Below are positions 54,285 through 64,000 of a DNA stretch of 64,000 nt, in pieces. The notes under the pieces are model-generated. The model ran no database searches and was not told the origin of the DNA. It saw only the letters and a program-made list of their open reading frames with translations. The position numbers were made by a program, and so were the translations under genes. Source of the DNA: Desulfobacterales bacterium (GTDB taxonomy: Bacteria; Desulfobacterota; Desulfobacteria; Desulfobacterales; UBA11574); assembly GCA_030145345.1 (NCBI GenBank), contig JAQYVT010000004.1, forward strand, positions 992 through 64,991, read 5' to 3'. Numbering within the stretch: position 1 is the stretch's first letter; each line of letters starts with the position of its first letter.

Positions 54285-55034
54285 TCAGGATCCGGTTCTA
54301 CCGAATCTTCGCTCACGGCGCTGATAGTCTTTCAGAATTTGCACAAATTCATCCTTTCCAAAATCGGGCCACAAAGTATCTGTGATACAAATTTCCGTAT
54401 ACGCGATCTGCCACAGTAGAAAATTACTGATGCGCATTTCGCCGCTGGTTCTGATCAGAAGATCAGGATCCGGCATATCACCGGTATAAAGATGCTCGGA
54501 TATAAGTTCAGAGGTTATTAAATCTGGATCGATATGACCATCTTTAACCTTTATTGCAATCTGTTTGACCATCCTTAGAATCTCAGACCGTCCGCCGTAA
54601 CTCAGTGCGAGATTAAGGCGCAAACCGTCATTCTTTTTTGTTAAATCCATGGTCTTATACAGTGTCTTCCGGACATTTTCCGGCAATCGTTCGGTCTGGC
54701 CGATGGCATTCAGTCGAATATTGTTGTCCAGCATCTCTGTTTTTTCGGATTCGAGGAACTTTTTAAGGAGGGACATGAGAGCGGTGACCTCGGATTTGGG
54801 TCGCTGCCAGTTTTCGGTGGAGAAAGCATACAGCGTCAAAATGGGGATTCCGATTTCACGGCAGGTCCGAACAATGGTTCGAACGGTTTCGGAACCCTTT
54901 TCATGACCTTTGATCCGATTTAATAGGCGTTTTTTGGCCCATCGACCGTTACCATCCATAATGATGGCCACATGGGCGGGTAATTTTTCAGGATTAAGAT
55001 CTGTGCTAACAACAGAAGGTGTATTAGAATTCAA
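54285..55034 (-). CDS. uppS: Undecaprenyl-diphosphate synthase
   Basis: HVAIIMDGNGRWA motif. Start uncertain: TTG 55034 has AAGGAG upstream, and the longest ORF starts at 55088. Confidence 0.9.
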   Translation of the reverse strand: MNSNTPSVVSTDLNPEKLPAHVAIIMDGNGRWAKKRLLNRIKGHEKGSETVRTIVRTCREIGIPILTLYAFSTENWQRPKSEVTALMSLLKKFLESEKTEMLDNNIRLNAIGQTERLPENVRKTLYKTMDLTKKNDGLRLNLALSYGGRSEILRMVKQIAIKVKDGHIDPDLITSELISEHLYTGDMPDPDLLIRTSGEMRISNFLLWQIAYTEICITDTLWPDFGKDEFVQILKDYQRRERRFGRTGS

Positions 55035-55581
55035 GGATCTCCTTCTCTTTATCTTTACAGACTTCATCGACAAGCTTGATATACTCATCGGTTATTTTCT
55101 GTATCTGATCTTGAGCCTTGAAAGCATCATCTTCCGAAATTTCGCCATCCTTCTTCAAGCCTTTCAGCAGATCGTTGGCATCACGTCTTTGATTGCGCAC
55201 TGCAACCCGATGTTCTTCGCCCTTTTTATATACGACTTTTGCAAGCTGTTTTCTTCTCTCTTCGGTCAGCGGCGGAATGGAGATCCGTATCAGCTTGCCG
55301 TCATTTGAAGGCGTGAGACCGAGATCGGACTTCAATAGGGCCTTTTCAATATCCTTGATAACGGATACATCCCACGGTTGTATGGTAATCAGCCGGCTTT
55401 CGGGAACAGCAAGGGATGCCATCTGGTTAAGGGGTGTCAGTGTGCCGTAATAATCGACCCGAATGCCATCCATAATTGAAAGGGAAGCACGTCCTGTCCG
55501 GATCCTTTTTAATTCATTTCCTAGCGCATCTATCGACTTTTGCATACCATCTCTGGTCTCTTGATATATCGATTCAATCAT
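55024..55581 (-). CDS. frr: Ribosome recycling factor
   Basis: MIESIYQETRDGMQKSIDAL... is a typical Frr. ATG 55581 chosen. Confidence 0.9.
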   Translation of the reverse strand: MIESIYQETRDGMQKSIDALGNELKRIRTGRASLSIMDGIRVDYYGTLTPLNQMASLAVPESRLITIQPWDVSVIKDIEKALLKSDLGLTPSNDGKLIRISIPPLTEERRKQLAKVVYKKGEEHRVAVRNQRRDANDLLKGLKKDGEISEDDAFKAQDQIQKITDEYIKLVDEVCKDKEKEILEF

Positions 55582-55592
55582 GGCGTCTTCCT

Positions 55593-56309
55593 TTAATGGT
55601 TTATCTGGGTTCCCTCCGTTTCTCCGCACACCACCTTTTTAATATTTCCCTTATGGGTCAAATTAAAGATAATAAGCGGAAGCTTATTATCCATTGCCAG
55701 AGAAATCGCTGTCATATCCATAACGTGGAGTTGCTTTTCGATAACCTCCATATATTTGATTTCTCTTATAAATTTAGCATTTTTATCGACCACGGGATCT
55801 GCATCGTAGAGTCCGTCAACCTTCGTCGCCTTTAAAAGGATCTCCGCATGTATTTCCTGGGCCCTGAGAACCGCAGCAGTATCTGTGGTAAAGTAAGGAT
55901 TCCCGGTACCTGCTGCAAATATAACCACCCGTCCCTTTTCCAGGTGGCGAACAGCCCTTCGAGCGATAAAGGGTTCCGCCACTTCATGCATTAAAATAGC
56001 GGTCTGAACACGGGTCACAACCCCCTTTTTTTCCAAAGCATCCTGTAACGCAAGGCTGTTAATGACAGTGGCCAGCATTCCCATTCGATCGGCAGAGACC
56101 CGATCCATGCCGTATGAGGAGGCGGCGATGCCTCTGAAAATATTACCACCGCCGACCACGATGGCAATTTGAACCCCGAGGTCAAATATAGAACGGACCT
56201 CCCCTGCCACGGACTTTATCATCTCGGGACTTATCCCAAAACTCTGATCGCCCATCAGTGCTTCACCGCTAAGTTTCAGCAGGATCCTTTTATATTTGGG
56301 CATGGTCAA
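55593..56309 (-). CDS. pyrH: UMP kinase
   Basis: [12 protein letters not shown] motif with full-length PyrH similarity. Confidence 0.9.
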   Translation of the reverse strand: MTMPKYKRILLKLSGEALMGDQSFGISPEMIKSVAGEVRSIFDLGVQIAIVVGGGNIFRGIAASSYGMDRVSADRMGMLATVINSLALQDALEKKGVVTRVQTAILMHEVAEPFIARRAVRHLEKGRVVIFAAGTGNPYFTTDTAAVLRAQEIHAEILLKATKVDGLYDADPVVDKNAKFIREIKYMEVIEKQLHVMDMTAISLAMDNKLPLIIFNLTHKGNIKKVVCGETEGTQINH

Positions 56310-56312
56310 AGT

Positions 56313-56912
56313 CTATAATTCCCCAATCCTGAATCTTGCGAATCGTTTGATTGAAATATTCTCACCGATTTTTGCAATCATTTCATTTAATAGATCTTCA
56401 ACAGTGATATCGGGGTCACGAACATACGCCTGATTCATCAGGCAACTTTCCTTGAAATATTTCTGCATCTTACCTTCTACAATTTTATCCGCTATGTTTT
56501 CAGGCTTGCCCATTTCCAGTACCTGGCCCCGATAGATTTCCTTTTCCCTGTTGAGGGTCTCTTCGGGAACGTCTTCGGATCGGATTCCAACAGGATTGGT
56601 GGCTGCAATGTGCATGGCAATATTTTTTGCAAATTCCTTGAAATCGTCATTTTTTGCAACAAAATCGGTCTCACAATTAACTTCAACCAGAACCCCAAGC
56701 TTGTTGTCCATATGGATATAAGACTCGATTATCCCCTCTGTCATCGACCTTCCGGCGCGTTTAGCAGCCGTCGCCAAACCTTTTTTTCTCAAAAAATCGA
56801 CGGCCTGACTCATATCACCATCACACGCTGCAAGTGCTCCTTTACAATCCATAATTCCGGCGCCGGTCTTCTCGCGAAGCTCCTTAACCATTGTCGCACT
56901 AATTGTTGACAT
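56313..56912 (-). CDS. tsf: Elongation factor Ts
   Basis: ATMVKELREKTGAGIMDCKGAL N-terminal UBA-like domain. Confidence 0.9.
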   Translation of the reverse strand: MSTISATMVKELREKTGAGIMDCKGALAACDGDMSQAVDFLRKKGLATAAKRAGRSMTEGIIESYIHMDNKLGVLVEVNCETDFVAKNDDFKEFAKNIAMHIAATNPVGIRSEDVPEETLNREKEIYRGQVLEMGKPENIADKIVEGKMQKYFKESCLMNQAYVRDPDITVEDLLNEMIAKIGENISIKRFARFRIGEL

Positions 56913-56914
56913 CA

Positions 56915-57835
56915 CTATTCTCCATTTCCTTTTGCTTCAGTTTTTTCTCCGGATTCTTCGCTGTCAGAATGTTTTATTTCATCGGAGCCAGGTTCAACTT
57001 CAGGTGTTGTTCTTTTAATTATCTCTACAACGGGACCGTCTGAACCGTCTGAAATCACCTTCCGTTCACCCGGTTTCAACTCCGCGCTGGCAGCTTCCAC
57101 AGCAGACACCTCTTCTATCTCTTTGTCGGCTTCGGCCTGCTGTTTTTCAGCCAGACGCTCTCTTCCTTCGATACAAGCAGTGGCCATTCTGGATGTAATG
57201 AGCCGTATTGCACGGATTGCATCATCATTCCCCGGTATAATATAATCGATTTCATCAGGATCGCAATTGGTATCCACAATCGCGATGATAGGGATCCCCA
57301 GACGTTTTCCCTCCCGGACGGCAATGGCTTCATTTTTGGGGTCGACAACGAAAATCGCCCCTGGGAGCCCGTTCATGGTTCTGATTCCGCCAAGATTGTT
57401 ATCGAGCTTTACGCGCTCCTTTCTTAATTTCAGCCGCTCTTTTTTGGGAAAAAGATCAATGGTTTGATCGTTTACGATGCCGTTAAGATAGTTCAAACGG
57501 TCTATACTTTTTCTGATGGTGTGAAAATTTGTCAACATTCCGCCCAGCCACCGGTTATGAACGTAAAACATCTCACATCGATTCGCTTCTTCATAGATCG
57601 ATTCTCTCGCTTGTTTCTTTGTACCCACAAAAAGCAGCGATTTGCCATTTTCCACCGTATCAACGACAAAATCGTACACGGTTCTGAACATCCGAACGGT
57701 TTTCTGAAGATCGATAATATAGATACCGTTTCGGGCCCCAAAGATATAAGGTTTCATCTTCGGATTCCAACGTTTTGTCTGATGACCAAAATGAACTCCG
57801 GCTTCAAGAAGTTCTTTCATTGTAATATAAGCCAT
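56915..57835 (-). CDS. rpsB: 30S ribosomal protein S2 with a long acidic C-terminal tail
   Basis: [30 protein letters not shown] 57835 has AAGGGAG upstream. Confidence 0.9.
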   Translation of the reverse strand: MAYITMKELLEAGVHFGHQTKRWNPKMKPYIFGARNGIYIIDLQKTVRMFRTVYDFVVDTVENGKSLLFVGTKKQARESIYEEANRCEMFYVHNRWLGGMLTNFHTIRKSIDRLNYLNGIVNDQTIDLFPKKERLKLRKERVKLDNNLGGIRTMNGLPGAIFVVDPKNEAIAVREGKRLGIPIIAIVDTNCDPDEIDYIIPGNDDAIRAIRLITSRMATACIEGRERLAEKQQAEADKEIEEVSAVEAASAELKPGERKVISDGSDGPVVEIIKRTTPEVEPGSDEIKHSDSEESGEKTEAKGNGE

Positions 57836-58019
57836 TTTTTCTCCCTTCTTAATCGGTTTTTCCACCGCCCATATCACTCCTGCATCCGACCCCGCCATTC
57901 GGGGCACCGGGAAACAGGTCCAAAGGCGTACGAATTTATTAAACTGATATACTTAACAAAGAAAATATCGACTCGCAACCATTTTTTAAATTTTTTGCTT
58001 TTAAAACGCCGAGTTTTTG

Positions 58020-58934
58020 TTAGGTTCTCTTTTTCTGCATCTGAACAATACGATCGTATCCGCTGTAATCTTTTGTAAAGATGACTTCTTCATAATTCCC
58101 GGACTGATCGATGATTTTCAGAACATCATCTTTCTGATCATGGCCGATCTCCAGCAACAGGGAGCCCTCCCGGCTGAGATGCAAATGCGCGGCATTCACG
58201 ATAGATCTTAAGCTTGAAAGTCCGTCTTCTCCACCGTCAAGGGCCGAAATCGGCTCATACCGGTTAATTTCAGGTTGAAGTCCGGCAATCACCCCGCTCG
58301 GAACATACGGTGGATTGGATACAATGACATCAAACACCGGTTTGCCGTAACCGAAAGTATCAAACCAGTCCGAACAAAAAAAATTGACACATTGATGGAG
58401 GCCATGACGCGTTGCATTTTGCTTGGCCAGCACCGCCGCGGCAACAGCCCGATCCGATGCAAAGAAAAGATGATTGGGCCGCATGGATGCAAGTGCCAAA
58501 ATTACAGCCCCGGATCCCGTGCCCAGCTCTAATATTCGCTTTTGTGTTCGGTGTTGTTTGGATTTTGAATCTTCCGGCAACAGTTTTAATGCAGTCTCAA
58601 CCAGAAACTCGGTTTCAGGTCTCGGAATCAGAACATCTTTTGTTACTGCAAAATCCATGGACCAGAATTCTTTGAATCCCAAAATGTATGCAACCGGCTC
58701 CCGTTTAACCCGCCGTTTTATCAACGCCTTAAACCGTGACAATTCTTCTGCACATAGCGGCTGATCGTACCGCAAATACAAATCTATCCTTTTTAATTCT
58801 AAAACATGGGCAAGAAGTATTTCAGCGGTCGCTCTTGGGCTTTCTATATCTCGGGATTTAAAATAAGAAGTTGTCCACTTGAGGAGTTTTATTATGGTCC
58901 ATTCAGAATCAATGGAGTTCGCCGGGTTCTGCAT
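58020..58934 (-). CDS. prmC: Release-factor glutamine N5-methyltransferase
   Basis: NPPY motif (VSNPPYV) and SAM-binding LELGTGSG. Overlaps the prfA 3-prime end. Confidence 0.85.
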   Translation of the reverse strand: MQNPANSIDSEWTIIKLLKWTTSYFKSRDIESPRATAEILLAHVLELKRIDLYLRYDQPLCAEELSRFKALIKRRVKREPVAYILGFKEFWSMDFAVTKDVLIPRPETEFLVETALKLLPEDSKSKQHRTQKRILELGTGSGAVILALASMRPNHLFFASDRAVAAAVLAKQNATRHGLHQCVNFFCSDWFDTFGYGKPVFDVIVSNPPYVPSGVIAGLQPEINRYEPISALDGGEDGLSSLRSIVNAAHLHLSREGSLLLEIGHDQKDDVLKIIDQSGNYEEVIFTKDYSGYDRIVQMQKKRT

Positions 58935-59988
58935 TCTGTAATGCCTGGGTCTGATAAAAAGTTGCAAGCTCTTCTATGACTTCATCTATTCCGCCCTGCA
59001 GAATCTGTTCCAGTTTGTATAGAGTGAGCCCAATTCGGTGATCGGTAACTCTGCCCTGGGGAAAGTTATAGGTTCTTATTCTTCCGCTTCTATCTCCATC
59101 TCCGATCTGGGTTTTTCGCTCTTGGGATCTCTTTTCGTTCTGCGCCCGGATCATACGATCAAGAATGCGGGCACGGAGGACTTTCATGCCTTTGTTTTTG
59201 TTCTTTAATTGCGATTTTTCGTCCTGGCATGTAACAATGATTCCGGTGGGCAGGTGGGTAAGACGTACGGCGGAGTCGGTTGTGTTGACACTCTGACCGC
59301 CCGGTCCGGTGGATCGGAATACATCGACTTTAATCTCACTCGGATCAATATGGAGTTCGACATCCTCGGCTTCGGGCAGAACCGCAACGGTAACCGCAGA
59401 CGTGTGTATCCGTCCCTGTGTCTCGGTTTCCGGAACACGTTGGACACGATGGGTACCACTTTCATATTTAAAACAGCTGTATGCCCCTTTTCCATGGATC
59501 ATGGCGACAATCTCTTTTAACCCACCGACACCGGTGGCGTGATGGCTTAAGACTTCGACTTTCCAGTTCTTGTTTTCAGCATACCTGCTGTACATTCTGA
59601 AAAGATCACTGACAAACAGTCCGGCCTCTTCTCCACCTGTACCGGCACGTATTTCAAGGATAACATTCTTGGCGTCATTGGAATCTTTGGGCAAAAGTAG
59701 CTTCTTGAGATCGGTTTCAAAGCGCTCTTTTTTGAGGGTAAGGGCATTGACTTCTTCACGGGCCATCTCTTTGATATCCGGATCTTTATCTTTCAACAGC
59801 TCCATGCTGTCATTGAGTTCCGATTGGACCTGTTTATACTTTCGGAAAACGGATACAATCTTGTTGAGATCCGAATGTTCCCGGCTGTACTTCTGGTATG
59901 CCTCCAGATCCTGAACAATTGCAGGATCGCTTAAAAGCTTTTCAACCTCAAAAAAACGATTTTCAACACCTGTTAATTTATCGAACAT
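58909..59988 (-). CDS. prfA: Peptide chain release factor 1
   Basis: GGQ motif ([12 protein letters not shown]) and a PxT-type RF1 domain. Confidence 0.95.
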   Translation of the reverse strand: MFDKLTGVENRFFEVEKLLSDPAIVQDLEAYQKYSREHSDLNKIVSVFRKYKQVQSELNDSMELLKDKDPDIKEMAREEVNALTLKKERFETDLKKLLLPKDSNDAKNVILEIRAGTGGEEAGLFVSDLFRMYSRYAENKNWKVEVLSHHATGVGGLKEIVAMIHGKGAYSCFKYESGTHRVQRVPETETQGRIHTSAVTVAVLPEAEDVELHIDPSEIKVDVFRSTGPGGQSVNTTDSAVRLTHLPTGIIVTCQDEKSQLKNKNKGMKVLRARILDRMIRAQNEKRSQERKTQIGDGDRSGRIRTYNFPQGRVTDHRIGLTLYKLEQILQGGIDEVIEELATFYQTQALQNAEPGELH

Positions 59989-60143
59989 GGTTTATATTCA
60001 GCGATGCACGAGGGTTATCCGCCTCGAGAGGATCAGGCCGTTAAAAACCGGATTGTTTGAATGTTCCATCCTTTCAACGGCCTAAAATGTTATGTAAAAA
60101 CAAGTGGCAAAGGTTTATGCCGAAAAAATATCACTTAAAAAAT

Positions 60144-60326
60144 GATGGCGTCGTAAAAAGTCTTTTGTGAGCGACATCGAGCAATTTTGGAGAAAGATTC
60201 AGGATGCGTCTGGCGTTAAAAATTGCAAGCTCTTTGAGGGCGTTAGCCCGAGTTCTTACAATTTAGCCAGGCGAATCATGAATCCCAAAATTGCTTGCGG
60301 AACGAGCAAAATTAGACCTTTTACAA
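60144..60326. repeat. Long-hairpin palindromic intergenic repeat, copy C (most diverged full copy)
   Basis: Collinear with copies A and B, with scattered substitutions. Lies between rpmE and prfA. Confidence 0.85.
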
Positions 60327-60401
60327 AATCATAAAAAATAAAACGCCCATCATCGTTTGCTTCATTATCTGAAGATTTAAAAGAATACGTGAATGGGCTG
60401 T

Positions 60402-60611
60402 CTATTTTTTCTGAAATTTTTCATATTTCTTGCGGAAACGCTCAATTCGACCGGCAGTGTCCACAAGTTTCTGTTTTCCCGTAAAAAAAGGATGACATTT
60501 TGAACAGATCTCAACGCGTATATCCGATTTTGTCGAGCCAGCCTCCAACACATTTCCACATGCGCACTTTATGGTTGTATCTGAATACTCAGGGTGAATG
60601 TCCGCCTTCAT
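60402..60611 (-). CDS. rpmE: 50S ribosomal protein L31 (Zn-ribbon type)
   Basis: MKADIHPEY... with CxC...CSKCH. AGGAGG RBS before ATG 60611. Confidence 0.9.
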   Translation of the reverse strand: MKADIHPEYSDTTIKCACGNVLEAGSTKSDIRVEICSKCHPFFTGKQKLVDTAGRIERFRKKYEKFQKK

Positions 60612-60636
60612 GTATTTTAAACCTCCTATTTCCTTT

Positions 60637-61884
60637 TTATGCATTCATGGAATTTAGAAAATGTTTATTATCCTTGGTTCCATTCATTTTATCAAGCAAA
60701 AATTCGAGACTGTCTACAGGATTTAACGATGAAAGTAGCTTTCTTAAAATCCATACCCGTGTCAAAGTATCATGATCCAGAAGGAGCTCTTCCTTACGCG
60801 TACCGGATTTTTTGATATCAATTGCGGGAAAGACGCGTTTGTCGGCAAGTCTTCTATCGAGTTGAATCTCCATATTGCCGGTGCCTTTGAATTCTTCAAA
60901 AATAACCTCATCCATACGGCTTCCGGTATCCACCAGGGCCGTTGCAATAATGGTCAGGCTTCCGCCCTCTTCAATGTTTCTGGCAGCACCGAAAAAGCGT
61001 TTCGGGCGTTGAAGCGCATTTGAATCAACGCCGCCGGAAAGGATTTTTCCACTGGGAGGGATAACCGAATTGTATGCCCGAGCAAGTCTGGTGATACTAT
61101 CCAATAAGATAACAACGTCCTTTTTATGCTCCACAAGGCGCTTGGCTTTCTCTATGACCATTTCTGCGACTTGCACATGCCTTTCGGCAGGTTCGTCAAA
61201 GGTGGAACTGATCACTTCACCATCCACGGATCGTTGCATATCCGTAACCTCTTCCGGTCGCTCATCAATGAGCAGTACAAACAGAATAATATCCTTATGA
61301 TTGGCGCTGATACTATTGGCAATCGACTGCAAAAGCATTGTCTTACCGGATCTGGGAGGTGAAACAATCAATCCTCTCTGGCCAAAACCGATGGGCGTCA
61401 AAAGGTCCATTATTCTCATGGAATAATTGTCAGAATCGGCTTCGAGCATTGTCTTTCTGTCAGGATAAAGCGGCGTCAGATTGTCAAAAAGGATTTTTTC
61501 TCTGGCCACCTCCGGATCTTCATAATTGACCGCTTCGACCTTTAACAGCGCGAAATATCTTTCCGTCTCCTTTGGCTGACGGATCTGGCCGGAAACCGTA
61601 TCACCGGTTCTTAAATTGAAACGACGTATCTGCGATGGTGACACATAAATATCGTCAGGTCCCGGCAAATAATTGTAATTCGGTGCGCGCAAAAATCCGA
61701 ATCCATCGGGCAGAATTTCGAGCGTGCCTTCTCCGAATATCAAACCGGTCTTCTCGATTTCGGCCTGTAGCAGGGCAAAAATGAGATCTTGCTTTCTCAT
61801 CCCAGCGGCGCCGTCAATTTTGAAAGTTTTGGCCATCTGGTTCAGCTCGCTGATTTTCTTTTCCTTAAGCTCAACAATATTCAT
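60637..61884 (-). CDS. rho: Transcription termination factor Rho
   Basis: 415 aa with an N-terminal RNA-binding domain and a RecA-type ATPase ([10 protein letters not shown]). Confidence 0.95.
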   Translation of the reverse strand: MNIVELKEKKISELNQMAKTFKIDGAAGMRKQDLIFALLQAEIEKTGLIFGEGTLEILPDGFGFLRAPNYNYLPGPDDIYVSPSQIRRFNLRTGDTVSGQIRQPKETERYFALLKVEAVNYEDPEVAREKILFDNLTPLYPDRKTMLEADSDNYSMRIMDLLTPIGFGQRGLIVSPPRSGKTMLLQSIANSISANHKDIILFVLLIDERPEEVTDMQRSVDGEVISSTFDEPAERHVQVAEMVIEKAKRLVEHKKDVVILLDSITRLARAYNSVIPPSGKILSGGVDSNALQRPKRFFGAARNIEEGGSLTIIATALVDTGSRMDEVIFEEFKGTGNMEIQLDRRLADKRVFPAIDIKKSGTRKEELLLDHDTLTRVWILRKLLSSLNPVDSLEFLLDKMNGTKDNKHFLNSMNA

Positions 61885-62207
61885 TAAAAAATTATCCCTC
61901 CAAGTAAGTAAATATTATGGTTTTATATTTTATAGGTATTTGAAAATATGTTTTTTCCCTGTCTACAGGTTAAATCAGAAATTTTTAGCCGGAGCAGAAT
62001 TTTTCTTTTTTTCACTGGAACCGTTATTTTGTGGATTCTATTATTCCCTGTTTAACAGGAAGAATTTACAAAACAATTTTTCAAAATGGATCCATTTTGG
62101 CTTTAATGAAAGAATATGGATTTTCAGTGAATTAAAATAGAAGAATTAGGCATTCTCTCCAAATGGCGGGATCCAACAGGTATGTTATTATTTTCCTGGA
62201 AATTATA

Positions 62208-62864
62208 TCATGATTTTGTGGCTGTCAAGGGCTTTTTCTTTTTTTTGTACGGTTTGAAAGATTTTTCATATAAAAAATCGACAGCCGCCATCAGTCGCGC
62301 CGTTGAACCCCCATTCGACAATACAAAATCAGCACGTCCAATTTTGTCTTTTTCCGGCATCTGGACATGAATGAGGTTTTCAGCCTCATCACGGGGTATG
62401 TTGTCCCGGGCCATCAGTCTTTTAACCCGCAATTCGTGATCGGCGCTTACAAGAATAATCCAATCGAACTGTTCTTGCATATTCAGTTCAAAAAGGAGTG
62501 GGACTTCTACCACGACAATTTCACAACCTTTATTTTCCGCACAGGCGATCTTTTCCCGCATAAGGTTCGATATTTCAGGGTGAACAATACGCTCCAGAGT
62601 CAACCGTGCAGCATCATCGTTGATGATCATTCGCCGCAGCATTTTACGATTCAATGTCGCATCGCTAAGCAAGACCGTCTCCCCGAAAAAATCCACGATT
62701 TTTTTATGCGCCGTCGAGTTCGGAGCAACAGCTTCCCTTGCCATGGCATCGGAGCTTATGACCTTTATCCCCAGTTCCTTCAACCGGTTGCAAACAGAGG
62801 TTTTTCCAGATCCGGCACCGCCGGTCACAGCAACTCTTAAAACTTTTGTTCTTGCTTTATTCAT
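62208..62864 (-). CDS. coaE: Dephospho-CoA kinase
   Basis: VAVTGGAGSGKTSV P-loop. ATG 62864 chosen because the longer ORF adds an implausible hydrophobic extension. Confidence 0.85.
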   Translation of the reverse strand: MNKARTKVLRVAVTGGAGSGKTSVCNRLKELGIKVISSDAMAREAVAPNSTAHKKIVDFFGETVLLSDATLNRKMLRRMIINDDAARLTLERIVHPEISNLMREKIACAENKGCEIVVVEVPLLFELNMQEQFDWIILVSADHELRVKRLMARDNIPRDEAENLIHVQMPEKDKIGRADFVLSNGGSTARLMAAVDFLYEKSFKPYKKKKKPLTATKS

Positions 62865-62971
62865 ATGGGTATCCGGATAGACACAGACATAAAATGATGA
62901 TAATAAACATACACCCAAGAAAATCAAGAACGCAATGAAATTAACCATCCCGTTGCAAACGGATGGGGCAT

Positions 62972-64000
62972 ATGACGAATAACTTCATGATTCCATTCAA
63001 TAAAGACATCTTGCCCGAAACAAAAGATACATACATCGTCGGCGGGACGATCAGGGATCTGCTTCTCCACCGGACCCCCACCGACTATGACATTGCAGTC
63101 ACCGGAAATCCAGAAAATTTTGCTGAAAAGATGGCCGTAAAGACCAAAGGGCACGTTATCAAGCTTGGCAAACCGGGGCAAACGACGATCAGGGTGGCAT
63201 CGGGCGACAAGATATTCGATATAACATCTTTAAACGGGGCATCCATAGAAGATGATCTTAAAAAAAGAGATTTTACCATCAACGCCATGGCATACCATGT
63301 GTATTCAGAGGAAGTTATCGACTGCCTGGGTGGGCTCCAGGATCTTGCCGATAAAAAAGTTCGTATGGTTTCACGGAAAATTTTCATTAAGGATCCTGTA
63401 AGGCTGATACGTGCTTATAGAATAGGCGCTCATCTGAATTTCAGGATTGAATCCCAGACAGCGTCGACGATAAAATCTGATGCGGGACTGATACATAATA
63501 CAGCCGGAGAGCGAATTCGTGTTGAACTTTTTTCAATGCTCGGCACATCCAAATCGTACGATTATCTTTCCCAAATGGACAACAGCGGGCTCTTAACCGA
63601 AATCCTCCCGGATCTTGCCCCCCTAAAAGGGTGCCTCCAGAACCGTCATCATCTTTACGATGTTTTTGAACATACCATGAAGGCATATGATCATCTCGAA
63701 ATCCTGTTGAATGAGTTGAAAAAAGTCCATCCGGATGCGGTTACCCAAATTCGACAATATGTCGACAAAAACAGACCGGCGCTGGTCAAGTGCGCGATCC
63801 TTTTGCACGATATCGGGAAGCCCCTGGTAAAAAGCACAGACAGCAACGGCAGAAGCCACTTTTACGGTCATGCCCGGAAAAGTGCAGATCTGGCTCAAAA
63901 AATCAGCCAGAAACTTAGATTTTCTAACCATGAAAAGCAGTTCATCGATTTTATCATCCGCAATCATATGAAACCGCTGTTTCTTTTTACTGCGCATGAA
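62972..64000 (+). CDS. cca: CCA-adding enzyme / poly(A) polymerase-family tRNA nucleotidyltransferase with HD domain (3-prime end outside the window)
   Basis: Not in the ORF track because no stop lies in the window. Translation from ATG 62972: MTNNFMIPFNKDILPETKDTYIVGGTIRDLLLHRTPTDYDIAVTG...RDFTINAMA...ILLHDIGKP. Confidence 0.85.
   Translation, partial: MTNNFMIPFNKDILPETKDTYIVGGTIRDLLLHRTPTDYDIAVTGNPENFAEKMAVKTKGHVIKLGKPGQTTIRVASGDKIFDITSLNGASIEDDLKKRDFTINAMAYHVYSEEVIDCLGGLQDLADKKVRMVSRKIFIKDPVRLIRAYRIGAHLNFRIESQTASTIKSDAGLIHNTAGERIRVELFSMLGTSKSYDYLSQMDNSGLLTEILPDLAPLKGCLQNRHHLYDVFEHTMKAYDHLEILLNELKKVHPDAVTQIRQYVDKNRPALVKCAILLHDIGKPLVKSTDSNGRSHFYGHARKSADLAQKISQKLRFSNHEKQFIDFIIRNHMKPLFLFTAHE

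Overview
This 64 kb window reads as ordinary chromosome from a Desulfobacterales-type (deltaproteobacterial) anaerobe. That assignment is an inference from gene content: indolepyruvate:ferredoxin oxidoreductase, an archaeal-type shikimate entry, apparent selenocysteine use, and two sigma-54 promoters. About 85% is coding. I saw no rRNA, tRNA, CRISPR array, transposase or integrase.

Content from left to right:
- A partial amt gene, running off the left edge, with a textbook sigma-54 promoter.
- A rhodanese/MauE pair.
- An aroA operon whose first two genes are the archaeal-type ADH synthase and DHQ synthase II.
- manA, queE and an M20 peptidase.
- A visibly AT-richer patch (about 9.7-16.6 kb) holding an enolase-superfamily/alpha-beta-hydrolase fusion, a PAS hybrid histidine kinase, a serine hydrolase and a UPF0158-like gene.
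- A crotonase, a flavin reductase, queC, iorAB, rdgB, a nitroreductase and GTP-PEPCK.
- ampG translationally coupled to a 582-aa unknown protein.
- A thiE-thiL fusion, an MBL hydrolase and ychF.
- A seven-gene minus-strand type IV pilus module: fimT-pilW-pilV-pilX, a giant pilY1, a DsbA-like gene and a GspE/PilB ATPase.
- The conserved block purQ-purL-rseP-dxr-cdsA-uppS-frr-pyrH-tsf-rpsB, followed by prmC-prfA-rpmE-rho, coaE and a partial cca.

Three things the ORF track does not show:
1. A 25-codon leader ORF ([25 protein letters not shown]) has nine consecutive Tyr/Phe/Trp codons. Two tandem terminator hairpins follow it, directly upstream of the shikimate operon. This looks like a ribosome-mediated attenuator.
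2. The two adjacent ORFs at 38109-38537 and 38556-38969 are one reading frame. The only interruption is a TGA at the first Cys position of a thioredoxin-fold CxxC motif (FSDFQ-TGA-PYC). That suggests a selenocysteine DsbA-like oxidoreductase embedded in the pilus operon.
3. A family of roughly 190-bp long-hairpin palindromic intergenic repeats is present as three full copies, one internally deleted copy, one half copy and several degenerate relatives.

Everything rests on reading the sequence and translations by eye. No searches, folding or composition calculations were run.
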